Shown here: one piece after another, positions 1 to 9,473 of the stretch
Position numbering within the stretch: position 1 is the first letter of the stretch
Layout: each line of letters begins with the position of its first letter
Virus record (IMG/VR): IMGVR_UViG_3300020583_000016
Length of the DNA stretch: 64,000 nucleotides
Origin: an uncultured virus (IMG/VR IMGVR_UViG_3300020583_000016)
Taxonomy: Duplodnaviria; Heunggongvirae; Uroviricota; Caudoviricetes
Reading direction: 5' to 3' (one strand)
The notes under the pieces: generated by a model
What the model was told of the DNA's origin: nothing
The model's database searches: none
Seen by the model: the letters and a program-made list of their open reading frames with translations, nothing else
Made by a program: the position numbers and the translations under genes

Positions 1-21
1 GCGCGCGCGCGTTCTCTTTCT

Positions 22-210
22 ATGCGACCGGAAGACATGAAATTGTTGAGTGAACTGCTTCGGGAATCGAGCAAGTACCGGTGTCCTGAACGGGTGCGCG
101 GTGACACTGCAACCTATCCTCCGACCGCACTCGGTTCTCAGGTTCTCAAAAACGAATTCGCGCGAGTGAAACGAAACCACCGACCACAGAAAGCGAAACG
201 TGCCGCATGA
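22..210 (+). CDS. Small basic hypothetical protein
   Basis: Conserved with 32819..33007; its stop overlaps the next ATG (ATGA). Confidence 0.55.
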   Translation: MRPEDMKLLSELLRESSKYRCPERVRGDTATYPPTALGSQVLKNEFARVKRNHRPQKAKRAA

Positions 211-1034
211 GGCCTGTACTGCGGTATCACGGCGGAAAGTGGAAACTCGGAAAGTGGATCATTTCCTACTTTCCCGCGCATCGCGTTTACGTTGAACCCT
301 TCGGGGGCGGTGCGAGTGTGTTGCTGCAAAAGCGGCGAAGCTATGCGGAGGTCTACAACGATCTCTGGGATGTGGTGGTGAACGTGTTCACAGTGATGCG
401 CGATGCGGAAAAAGCTGAGCAGCTTAAAAAGGCGCTCGAGCTAACCCCGTTCTCGCGGTCTGAATTCAACTCCGCTTTCGGTCACAAGCCGAAAAGCATG
501 GGCGATGTGGAAGCGGCTCGCCTGGCGATACTGCGAAGCTTCGCCGGTTTCGGCTCCGCGAGCACGAATGGCGAATATGCGACCGGGTTTCGCTGCAACT
601 CCAACCGCTCAGGAACTACGCCGGCGCATGATTGGGTGAACTATCCGTCTCACATCGATGCTTTCGTGGAGAGATTGAAGGGAGTTGTCATTGAAAACCG
701 TCCGGCTATCGAAGTGATCGAGCAGCACGACACCCGGCAAACTCTGTTCTACGTCGACCCGCCTTACCCGCTTTCAACTCGCAACGTGGCGCGAGGAAAT
801 GCCGTCTACGTTTGCGATCTCAGTGATGATGAACACCGGAAACTTGCTTCTATCTTGCACAGCGTGAAAGGCGTGGTGTTGCTTTCTGGCTACCACTGCG
901 ATTTGTACGATCAGGAGCTTTACCGGGATTGGTTCCGCGTCGAACGTCGCCATTTGGCCGACGGTGCGCAGGAACGGACCGAGTGTCTTTGGATGAACCG
1001 TCGCCTAGAAAGGCAACAGCAATTGCGCTTTTAA
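207..1034 (+). CDS. dam: DNA adenine methyltransferase, Dam/D12 class
   Basis: LRYHGGKW, YVEPFGGGASV (SAM-binding), VYNDL, FYVDPPY catalytic motif. Confidence 0.93.
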   Translation: MRPVLRYHGGKWKLGKWIISYFPAHRVYVEPFGGGASVLLQKRRSYAEVYNDLWDVVVNVFTVMRDAEKAEQLKKALELTPFSRSEFNSAFGHKPKSMGDVEAARLAILRSFAGFGSASTNGEYATGFRCNSNRSGTTPAHDWVNYPSHIDAFVERLKGVVIENRPAIEVIEQHDTRQTLFYVDPPYPLSTRNVARGNAVYVCDLSDDEHRKLASILHSVKGVVLLSGYHCDLYDQELYRDWFRVERRHLADGAQERTECLWMNRRLERQQQLRF

Positions 1035-1051
1035 CGCCCTAAGCTTGGGGC

Positions 1052-1651
1052 ATGCGAGTGGTGATCTACGCCCGGGTTTCGACCGCGGATAAACAGGATC
1101 CAGAAATGCAGGTGCGGGAAATGTCGGAATACACGGAGCGCCGCGGCTGGAAAAACCCCACCGTGATGATTGACCGGGTGAGTTCGGGAAAGGTCCGTCC
1201 GGAACTCGAAACCCTGAAAGCGCTCTGCCGGCGGGGGAAAGTCGATACGGTGGTGGTCTATCGCTTCGATCGGTTCGCGCGTTCTGCCAAGGAACTCTTA
1301 GAAGCGCTCGAAGAGTTCCGGACGCTCGGAATCGATTTCATCTCCCTGCACGAAAATATTGACACCAACACACCGGCGGGAAAGATGGTTTTCACCTTCC
1401 TGGCCGGCGTCGCGGAGTTTGAAAAGTCCCTGATTCGGGAGCGGGTCATGTCGGGCTTGGCGACGGCAAAAGCGAACGGGGTTCGACTTGGCCGCCCGCC
1501 GCGGAGTAGTGAGGTCCTCGAGCGGATCCGAGCTCTACGGCGCTCCGGTCACTCCTGGCGCCATATTGCCGGCGTGACCGGGTTGCCGGTGACCACGGTT
1601 CGGCGCGCGATGCTCGTCGGTCACAAGCCGGCTAGCGAAAGGGTGCAATGA
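1052..1651 (+). CDS. Small serine recombinase (resolvase/invertase) with C-terminal HTH
   Basis: YARVST, DRFARS, AEFEKSLIRERV, GRPP, then an HTH (SWRHIAGVTGLPVTTVRR). Confidence 0.95.
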   Translation: MRVVIYARVSTADKQDPEMQVREMSEYTERRGWKNPTVMIDRVSSGKVRPELETLKALCRRGKVDTVVVYRFDRFARSAKELLEALEEFRTLGIDFISLHENIDTNTPAGKMVFTFLAGVAEFEKSLIRERVMSGLATAKANGVRLGRPPRSSEVLERIRALRRSGHSWRHIAGVTGLPVTTVRRAMLVGHKPASERVQ

Positions 1652-2067
1652 AAACGAAAGAATTGACACTGATGCAAAAAGAACTTTTTCCCGAGCATGC
1701 AACAGAAGCGCTCGAAAAATGGGACAGCGGTATTTCCGTTTTCACGGTCGAACTCGGTGGCTTGGGGCCTGGCTACGAACAAGCGATTCAGATTTTGGTG
1801 TTTGAAATCATTCGCGATTACATCGACAGGCCGTTGCCGACTCCTGACAATTGGCGCAGTTTTGGGGAGGATGCTGTTTCTCGTTGCAACAGTTCCTGTC
1901 TCGGCTTTAGTGGTGCGCAAGTTGGGGCTGCCAAAAATCTCGCCTTTCACGCTTTGCGCGATGGATGGCGGGCAACAATCTTTTCCTTTCCTGATGACAG
2001 ACAGATTCAGGTGAGCAAAGCTTTTCCGCAACCACCTGAGAAAACGGGTGTGCCGAAATCCCTGTGA
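1648..2067 (+). CDS. Hypothetical protein (copy 1-specific)
   Basis: 139 aa ORF coupled to the resolvase stop; ends inside the conserved island (KTGVPKSL). Confidence 0.7.
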   Translation: MKTKELTLMQKELFPEHATEALEKWDSGISVFTVELGGLGPGYEQAIQILVFEIIRDYIDRPLPTPDNWRSFGEDAVSRCNSSCLGFSGAQVGAAKNLAFHALRDGWRATIFSFPDDRQIQVSKAFPQPPEKTGVPKSL

Positions 2068-2147
2068 ATAAACAGGTACCGGGGCATTGAAAACAAAGGC
2101 CTGAGAAATCGGGGTTTGGGTGTGCCAGAATCAGATGTTTTCGGCAC
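2041..2147. promoter_or_regulatory. Candidate res/recombination site (conserved island)
   Basis: Near-identical to 35720-35826 although both flanks are unrelated. GGGTGTGCC direct repeats at 2046 and 2118; GTGCCGAAA (2050) / TTTCGGCAC (2139) inverted repeat. Confidence 0.55.
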
Positions 2148-2515
2148 GGCGAAATGAGCAATCACGAAGCTGGCCTGTTGTTGATCGGCATAGGAATCGG
2201 AATTCTGCTAGCGGTTTTTGGAATGCTGAACCGGGGGTGAACGGTGCCTGTAACTCAGACAATGAGCATTGAGACGAAAAACGGCGAAGCGGTGATCCTG
2301 AGTTTTTCCGCGTACCGCGTGCGCCAGGAGAACAACGAAATCATTCTGTTCGACGAAAAAGGCGCCGAAGCCGTTCAAATTAAGCTTTCCGATGGGACGA
2401 CACATCGGATCTTGTGAAACGAAACGTGTCTTTGGTGAAACGGTACCGCGGCGAGATCTTGCTTTTCCTGCTCACCCTGGCTGTGTGCGAGTTGCTTGTG
2501 AGGTTCATCACCTAA

Positions 2516-2800
2516 ATGCACTCTCCACTTGATCGTCTGATTCCCGTGATTTTCACCCTGTTCGCAAGTTTGGCTGCGTACGCGGCAAACAGTGCATTTC
2601 GGACACTTCGCGACGATGCAAAGCAAGATTGGGGCAAATACTGGGAGGGCACTCGTGTACCACGCTCCTCGGGGACCAAAGACGACATCCTTGCACGACA
2701 TGAGGCTTGGAGGAAAAGAGGCTGGCTTTTTATCGGCGTCAGCATCTCTGTTGCGTTGACGTTTCTGGCCTGCGCGATTTACTACAGCGAGAAGTTATGA
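2516..2800 (+). CDS. Small two-TM membrane protein
   Basis: Two hydrophobic stretches; ATGA-coupled to the ATPase. Confidence 0.6.
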   Translation: MHSPLDRLIPVIFTLFASLAAYAANSAFRTLRDDAKQDWGKYWEGTRVPRSSGTKDDILARHEAWRKRGWLFIGVSISVALTFLACAIYYSEKL

Positions 2801-3843
2801 ACACCGTTCGACTCGGTTACGAAGTGGGCACGGGCACGGCGGTAGAGATTCCGATCGGGCACCTGGCGATCACCGGGCAGAGTCAAGCGAGCGGGAAAAC
2901 CACCACACTTGAGGGCCTGGTGTCACGCGCCAAACGGCAAGCGATCGCGTTTGTCACCAAACGCGGGGAAGGATCGTTTCGTGTCGCATCTCCGATTGCA
3001 CCATATTTTCGTGATCGTACGGATTGGCCGTTTATCTCGTCCCTGCTCGAAGCGATCGTTTCCGAAAAACTCAAATTTCAGCGTCCGGAGATCATCAAGA
3101 TTTGCCAGGACTACACCGGGCCAGAGGGCACCTGGTCGACACCCAAGACGTTAGCTGACGTCCAGAAAAATGCGGAAATCGCTCTGAGACGGGCGCGCGG
3201 GCTCGCGCACAGGATCTATTCGGAACTGTTCGAATACCTGCGCATGCTGGTTCCGCAGATTGAAAAGCTTCCCTACTCGTCTGAACTCGAGCTCCATGCC
3301 GGCCTGAACGTGATGGATCTCACCGACTACGATTTTCCTTTGCAAGCGCTGGTTGTGCGGTCGGTGATTGAGTGGGTGCACCACCATGCGAAAAACACCA
3401 TTATCGTGATTCCTGAAGCGTGGAAGTTTGCCCCGAAGCAAAGGAATTCCCCGGTGCGGTTCGCGGCCGAAGAGTTGATCCGCCAGGGCGCAGCGCTACA
3501 GAATTTCCTGTGGTGCGATTCTCAGGATCTCGCCGGCGTCTCCGCGGTGCTCTTGCGCCAGGTCACGGTATGGCTTTTCGGAGTACAGCGGGATATGCGG
3601 GAAATCGAGCGCACCTTAGAACACATTCCCGCGGACATGATGAGGCCGACCCGGGCCGATATCGCGCGCCTGGGCGTGGGAGAATTCATCGTTGCATTTC
3701 AAAACGAGTTGCGTTTGGTCTATGTGCAACCGGCATGGATGACCGGAGTGCACGCGCAAGCAATCGCGATGGGGGAAGAATCGGTAGAATCGGCGCGGGA
3801 AATCGTGCGTGATTTTGATCTCGAGCATGCGGAGGGCGAATGA
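2797..3843 (+). CDS. HerA/FtsK-superfamily P-loop ATPase (candidate packaging ATPase)
   Basis: HLAITGQSQASGKTT Walker A, IIVIPEAW Walker B-like, LIRQG, DSQD. Start placed at the ATG where homology with copy 2 begins. Confidence 0.8.
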   Translation: MNTVRLGYEVGTGTAVEIPIGHLAITGQSQASGKTTTLEGLVSRAKRQAIAFVTKRGEGSFRVASPIAPYFRDRTDWPFISSLLEAIVSEKLKFQRPEIIKICQDYTGPEGTWSTPKTLADVQKNAEIALRRARGLAHRIYSELFEYLRMLVPQIEKLPYSSELELHAGLNVMDLTDYDFPLQALVVRSVIEWVHHHAKNTIIVIPEAWKFAPKQRNSPVRFAAEELIRQGAALQNFLWCDSQDLAGVSAVLLRQVTVWLFGVQRDMREIERTLEHIPADMMRPTRADIARLGVGEFIVAFQNELRLVYVQPAWMTGVHAQAIAMGEESVESAREIVRDFDLEHAEGE

Positions 3844-4013
3844 ACTGGATCAAGCAAGAACTATCTCGATGGGCGCAGGATTTTCGCCGTGACTGGCCTA
3901 TCGTTGTGATCGCCGTTCTGATGGCATGGCCTATCGCGAAATTGACTACCATGCTGACCGCTCACGCCCAGAAGCCAGTGGGTACTGTCCGCCAAGAGGG
4001 AAAAGCGAAATGA
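3840..4013 (+). CDS. Short membrane protein; short allele of 37426..38013
   Basis: MNWIK...TAHAQKP...KAK shared with the 195 aa copy 2 protein; not in the ORF track (57 aa). Confidence 0.55.
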   Translation: MNWIKQELSRWAQDFRRDWPIVVIAVLMAWPIAKLTTMLTAHAQKPVGTVRQEGKAK

Positions 4014-4234
4014 GCGCAAACCAACCGCCGGCACCACTACTGCCACGTTGCCCGCACTGCGGTGAGGATCTCGCCGGCATGGGGCTTTTCATGTGGCGGG
4101 TTCAAGGCTGGGTCATCGTTGCCGCGTATTGCCCCAATGTCGAGTGCCGGTCGGTGCTCCAAACGCAAATGATGCCAGTCGATGAAAAGCCGACGATCGA
4201 AGGTGAAGCCTCGAGGCTGGTGCGTCCGTCCTGA
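4010..4234 (+). CDS. Zn-ribbon small protein
   Basis: CPHC...CPNVEC; conserved with 38010..38234. Confidence 0.7.
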   Translation: MSANQPPAPLLPRCPHCGEDLAGMGLFMWRVQGWVIVAAYCPNVECRSVLQTQMMPVDEKPTIEGEASRLVRPS

Positions 4235-4549
4235 AAATCAGGTAAGATCTCACGCGAATGATTTTCTGGCTGGTAGCGAAATGGATGGGTGCCGCAGTCT
4301 TAGCTGGTTCCATGCTGACGGGAGCAAGCTTCGTTGGCGCTTGGCTGCTCGACAAAGCGCTTGGCCCGATCGAGCGTAAATCGTTTTATCGAGACCCGTG
4401 GATCGACAAATGAAACTGTTTCTCTTTGGCGCCGGATCGACCCTTCTAGTAGAAACCGTGATCTTTATCGCGATTCGGTTCCGCCGCTGGTATCTCTACC
4501 CTCACCCGAAAAAAAGCATGCTCGCTCCACCGAATCAATTTGGCATGCA

Positions 4550-5031
4550 CTAATTCTTCTGGCAGTAAATCACTTTCACGTAAGGCGGGGTTGGATCGAA
4601 GGCATTGCCGGCAAAGGTGTGGGTGTGTGTAGGGAGTGCGGATCCGGTGAAAGTCTGAGCCGGCACGGTTCCTTGAGTGCCGGTGAAGGTCTGGGCTGGT
4701 ACAGTTCCCTGAGTTCCTGTGAAGGTTTCCGCCGGCACCGTTCCCTGTGCTCCACCGGCCGTATGGGACAACCAACCCGTTCGCCGCGGGATCATCGTCA
4801 ACCCTCGCAGATGCTGGCCAATTCGCCAGCGTCCTTACCGGAATGCATTCCGTTTAAAGCTGAAAGCTCGGTGAACCCGGTCTGGCAGGATCCGGAAACC
4901 AGAAGGATCACCATTCCAGAAGTGATACCGGTGCCTGCGCTATATCCCTGATTCTGAACCCACGTGGTTGTGGGAACACTCGCTTGAAAGATCGCGAGAA
5001 AGACGAAAGCGGCGAGAAGTGTTCGGTGCAT
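4550..5031 (-). pseudogene. Disrupted homologue of the 277 aa repeat fibre protein (38675..39508)
   Basis: N- and C-terminal parts match copy 2 but lie in different frames, separated by ~100 bp of unrelated sequence (4750-4850). Confidence 0.65.
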
Positions 5032-5041
5032 TTTCAGGTTC

Positions 5042-8000
5042 TCATTGGTTCACTATCCAGTAATCGAAGCATGCCGGGTTCGTGGTGATCGTGGGCATGT
5101 TGATGGTGAAACTCACACCGGCCGATTGCGAGGCAACCAGGATTCCCGGAATCACTGTCGGGGACGTGTTGCAGGTTACACCGAGCCGGGTGTTTTCCTT
5201 GGTCGTCTCCTGCACGATGATTTCAGAATTTGCACCGACCGCGGTGGTCGAGATCACACACGTTGCTGCTGATGCTGCGGCATCGCAAGAAAACGCGCCG
5301 GCCGATGAGGATCCGCAGGCAACCAGTGAAGGATTGGCTGCGCTGCCGACCGCGCCACAATTCGTCGTCGTCTTATAAACCGGACCAGTAAACGCGGTGC
5401 CGGCGAAAATGTTTCGTGGTCGATTGGCACCGCTCGCGCCGATATCGTTGGTGTTGTCGGTCTGGGCGAGTAAGTGACCACTGCCGCACACTTTCCAGAT
5501 GGTTGATCCGGTGTTCGGTACAATTCCGCTCGATCCGCTGATGCCGATTTCCCAAAGGATGCAACCCGGTGTGCCGGCGCCGGTTCCGGCACCACCGAGC
5601 ACAGGGAAATCGTATCCGTTCTGATCCGTTCCGGTCGGTGTGGGTGGTCCGATGCCGGGCACTTTTCCGGCTGAAATTCCGCCCGTCACTTCGACTCGTT
5701 GAATGAAATTATCCGTCCCAAGTCCGGGGTAGGATCTGCCTCCGATACAAACTTCGTTCGCGGATGTGTTCGGGGGCGAGGGGGAATTTACGTTGACGGT
5801 GCCAGTTTCCCAACAGAGTGCCTTCGCACCGAGTGCTTTGTGATCGGATCCGGAGTACTGCGCACCGCCCAGTGCTGTGAGACTCCAGTTCTGTTCGAGT
5901 CGACCGCCTAGGCCGATCACGTGTACGTCCCAATTGAGGTCATTCGCGATATAGTTTCCGATCGCGGGTGAACTGCTTGCTCCGTCTCCAAACCAATCTT
6001 GTCTAGTAACCAGAGTGTTGCTGATCTCCACACCACCGCCGAACTGAGTTCCTAACCCGAGTTGGCCGCCGCCAAAGAATGAGTCCTTGATACTGCCAAG
6101 CATGAATTTGTTATCGGGAGCACCACCGACCACGAGGGAATTGTTGTACTGCATCTGCATTCCGCCGCTCGTGACAGTTCCCGAGTGTGCCCATCCGGGT
6201 TCAATCACAAATGTCGAAGTGGAGTCCGGACCTGGGCAAACGGTGTAGGGATAGCGAGTGATCCAACTGCCAGAGATCGTTAAAGTGTTCGCGGTGTTCG
6301 ATGCGATCGTGGCGTAACAGAGGGTGTTCGTTCCGGTAAGGACGCTGGCGAATTGGCCAGCAAAGGTGTTGACCGTCCAGTTTGTTCCTTGCGGGAGTTG
6401 GTTCGGGGTGTAGCATCCTCCGCTCGTTCCACCGCACCATGTGTGCGAGTTATCCGGTGATCCCGTAACTGGTCCCATCGTTAGAACCGGGTTCGCGGCT
6501 GCGAAAGATGGCGCTGCGTTCGGTGTGAACGTTGCGCCGGAAGTTATGTCATTCCAGGTGTGTGAACTGTCCGCGGTACCGCTGAAATTCGAGCAGGAAA
6601 ATTGCGTTGCTGTGTTGCCGCTGCCGGCGGTGCAAGTGACTCCGCTTGTCGCTTGCTGCATCGAATCCCCGAACGTGATCGATCCGCTGGTGAGTGTTCC
6701 AGTGATGGTTGCGCCGTTGGCCGGCGCACTCACACGTAAAGCGGTGGCGCCGGTTGTGGTCTGGGTCATCGTTTCCCCAATCGAGAGACTGGAAAACGCA
6801 CCCGTCGTCACTGAACCGGTGACAGTTACGTTTTGATCTACGAGGGTTGACGATGATCCGCCAGAAGCGAAAGCGGGTGAGGCTTGAGTTGCGTAGCCTG
6901 AGAAGTTGCCGGCGTTCGAGGTCACGATGTAATCGGCACCGTCACCGCCGACATAGGTTCCGGTTATGAGTGCGCCGACGGGTTCTGTTGTGCCAGGTGT
7001 CGGTTGTGCATCTTGAAAGATGGTGCGCGTGCTGTAGAGATTTGCCCAAGAACACCAACACAAACGCCGGCTTTCGCTGCGAACCGTGTGCACTCCCATC
7101 GGTCCCTGTGCGTCTTGCCACAGAATGTCTGCGCCGGTCTGAACTCCTACGTTCGAAATTGCTCCCTGCCCATTCTCAAGGCTGGTGCTGTAGACATCGG
7201 CATAGCCGGCACCGTAACCAGCAATGCCGTACTGCTTGCATCCTTGAATATCACCACCGAACCACGCGATCGCGAGCGCGTTCTGGGCCAAGGCTGTAGG
7301 TGTGCCGATCTGATAGCACGCTTGCGTGAAGTTCAAAGCGTTGACGTCGTAGAAGTAGATATTTGAGAACTGCGCGCCACCGCCGGAAGGGGCGCCGATC
7401 AACCCGATCGCTGCAGTTCCGTTTCCGCTGATTCCGAGCCTGACAAAATCCAGAAATTGCGGTGCGAAATCGGCACCCAAAGCCGGGTTGAAATCAAAAA
7501 TCATGAGCGGGTGCGCGATATCTTGTGACGCTGAAGTGGAAAACGTCATGTCCTCAAAGACGCCGTACGCATCCTGATAGCCCGCCCACAAAGTTGTGTT
7601 GGTTGCGGTTTCGTTGAGGTTTGTGAGCAATCGCCCGCATCCGCCGATTACGAAGCTATTTACGTGGATGAAGTTGATTTGACCGTTGACATTGTATGTT
7701 CCGCAAAAGCGAAGTGGCTTGTTGTAGATCTGTAGGCCCGAGCCGTTGATGCGGTTCTGATTCCCGAACGCTGCAAGCATCGATGAATTGACCGCGGCCG
7801 TGTTGGTGGTCTGCTGGCCGGCGTTCGTCGAATTGTTGCCGAGCGCGCCCCACCATTCCGGCCATACGTTGAACCCCACAGTGTTGCCGGTGAAGTCGAT
7901 GAAGCCCGCGGTTCCGGTGGCGTTTACGAAAATCTGATTGTTCGCCGGGTTGTTAATTCCACCGAGAATCTGATTGATCGCAGAAGCTGGCCGGAGTCCG

Positions 8001-9457
8001 ATGATCAGCGAGCTCGGGTTGTGGCCGGCTGGTGATGGCGTGAACGCGATCGTCGGTGTCACCGATCCGCCGGCCGCGGAGTTCTGATAGGAAATCGCGA
8101 GGTTCGAAATCGTAGTTGTCGAACACCCTGCCGATCCGGGGATCAGCGTAAAACCGCCTCCTGCGCCGGTGCACGTCTCGCCGGTGTTGTTCTGCGATGC
8201 GACGAATAAAAGGAAATCGCCGGCCGTAAACGAACCGGTGCACTGATAGGGCGAGTTCGGACTGGAATTGTTGCAGATAGCAACCGCATCGACCGTGTAG
8301 GGAGTGGGGCCAAGACCGCTGATCGGTACTGCCGTACAACTGCCGATTAGATTTGCATTCGGGGAAGTTGCTGTGAAAGTGTGAGCGCCAGACACCACAC
8401 TCGGAATAAGCGCGGCTTGCGACACGGAAGAGAGTCCGACACTGGTGGTTACAAGAGGCAGAACAACGTCGGTACTCACATTCGAACTGAAGGAAAGTGA
8501 TCCACCGGTGAACCCGCGGCCGCACGCGATGATGTAAGTGTCATTCGCGGTCGCGGTGACGTTCATGTTGCATGTGGTGGTGGTGTTATCCGACTGGCAG
8601 TGTCCGGTTGCACTCCCACCGGTGTTAAAGGTTCCGTTCCCTGGCGTCGTCGTCGAGTCTGTGGGAGTCTTGAGTTTCCATCCGGTCGAAAAATCCAGCA
8701 CAACGTTTTGAGGCCAGACGAAATCACCCATTGCGCAGACTGCGCCCGGGGCTCCTTGAACCTTTGCGGTCTGTCCTCCGATCGCAGAGATCAATGCGGA
8801 AGCGGCGAGTGTGTCATAGGTGGTTCCGTCGCATGCAAAAGCGGCTGCCGGCGGATGCGCGTCGCGTAGGTCGTAAGTGAGTTTCGTTTGGTAAACCGGT
8901 GCGGTTCCGGTTCCGACCGAGGTTAGAAAGTTGCCAGGCGCTACACTCGGAATCGAACCGAAGTGCGTTGCGTCCAAGTTGGTTTGTAGGCTCCCAATCG
9001 GTGACGCCGGCGGGGATCCGCCTCCGGTTAACGGAACCGTAAGCGCCAGGGCAACCGCATGCAATTGTGTGGTGAGCGATTGTGTGGATCCAGAAATGGT
9101 GATCGGTGCGGCGAGAGAAAAACACTGCGGTCCGGTCCCGATCGCCGGTTGCACCGTGCCGGTTGCGGAACACACTTGGAAATTCCATTTTGTGCCAGCG
9201 GGTAAAAGAATCGTGTTGTCCGCTACGTTGAAGCTGAAGCTGCCTGACTTGTCGAGCCCCACAGGTTGCGATGGCGGGGAGTAAGGTTGGCCGTTCAGTG
9301 TGGGCGATCCGGCGCCGGAAGGTATCACTAGAGTCGGTTGGATCGTTCCGAGAGCATAGGGAACACCGTTCGGATCGATCACCGTTCCGGTAACGGTGGT
9401 GAACTGCGCAAAGGCCGGCACCGCGAAAAGAAATAGAAATAGAGCGATCTTTCTCAA
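5042..9457 (-). CDS. Large Gly/Thr-rich spike / receptor-binding protein with signal peptide and probable beta-helix region
   Basis: TTG start after AAGGA; LRKIALFLFLFAVPAFA|QF; YDLRD...CDGTTYDT and PEWWGA tailspike-like motifs; homologue 39519..43607. Confidence 0.7.
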   Translation of the reverse strand: MRKIALFLFLFAVPAFAQFTTVTGTVIDPNGVPYALGTIQPTLVIPSGAGSPTLNGQPYSPPSQPVGLDKSGSFSFNVADNTILLPAGTKWNFQVCSATGTVQPAIGTGPQCFSLAAPITISGSTQSLTTQLHAVALALTVPLTGGGSPPASPIGSLQTNLDATHFGSIPSVAPGNFLTSVGTGTAPVYQTKLTYDLRDAHPPAAAFACDGTTYDTLAASALISAIGGQTAKVQGAPGAVCAMGDFVWPQNVVLDFSTGWKLKTPTDSTTTPGNGTFNTGGSATGHCQSDNTTTTCNMNVTATANDTYIIACGRGFTGGSLSFSSNVSTDVVLPLVTTSVGLSSVSQAALIPSVVSGAHTFTATSPNANLIGSCTAVPISGLGPTPYTVDAVAICNNSSPNSPYQCTGSFTAGDFLLFVASQNNTGETCTGAGGGFTLIPGSAGCSTTTISNLAISYQNSAAGGSVTPTIAFTPSPAGHNPSSLIIGLRPASAINQILGGINNPANNQIFVNATGTAGFIDFTGNTVGFNVWPEWWGALGNNSTNAGQQTTNTAAVNSSMLAAFGNQNRINGSGLQIYNKPLRFCGTYNVNGQINFIHVNSFVIGGCGRLLTNLNETATNTTLWAGYQDAYGVFEDMTFSTSASQDIAHPLMIFDFNPALGADFAPQFLDFVRLGISGNGTAAIGLIGAPSGGGAQFSNIYFYDVNALNFTQACYQIGTPTALAQNALAIAWFGGDIQGCKQYGIAGYGAGYADVYSTSLENGQGAISNVGVQTGADILWQDAQGPMGVHTVRSESRRLCWCSWANLYSTRTIFQDAQPTPGTTEPVGALITGTYVGGDGADYIVTSNAGNFSGYATQASPAFASGGSSSTLVDQNVTVTGSVTTGAFSSLSIGETMTQTTTGATALRVSAPANGATITGTLTSGSITFGDSMQQATSGVTCTAGSGNTATQFSCSNFSGTADSSHTWNDITSGATFTPNAAPSFAAANPVLTMGPVTGSPDNSHTWCGGTSGGCYTPNQLPQGTNWTVNTFAGQFASVLTGTNTLCYATIASNTANTLTISGSWITRYPYTVCPGPDSTSTFVIEPGWAHSGTVTSGGMQMQYNNSLVVGGAPDNKFMLGSIKDSFFGGGQLGLGTQFGGGVEISNTLVTRQDWFGDGASSSPAIGNYIANDLNWDVHVIGLGGRLEQNWSLTALGGAQYSGSDHKALGAKALCWETGTVNVNSPSPPNTSANEVCIGGRSYPGLGTDNFIQRVEVTGGISAGKVPGIGPPTPTGTDQNGYDFPVLGGAGTGAGTPGCILWEIGISGSSGIVPNTGSTIWKVCGSGHLLAQTDNTNDIGASGANRPRNIFAGTAFTGPVYKTTTNCGAVGSAANPSLVACGSSSAGAFSCDAAASAATCVISTTAVGANSEIIVQETTKENTRLGVTCNTSPTVIPGILVASQSAGVSFTINMPTITTNPACFDYWIVNQ

Positions 9458-9473
9458 AAGGTTGTTCCTTTTT

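Noticed and set aside
1052..1651. Large serine integrase with att sites
   Set aside because: Only 199 aa with an HTH; it lacks the recombinase and zinc-ribbon domains, and no host junction is visible.
5045..9284. Numerous + strand ORFs opposite the spike genes (also 55400..56206 and similar)
   Set aside because: Antisense shadows of GC-rich coding sequence; no RBS or protein-like conservation between copies.
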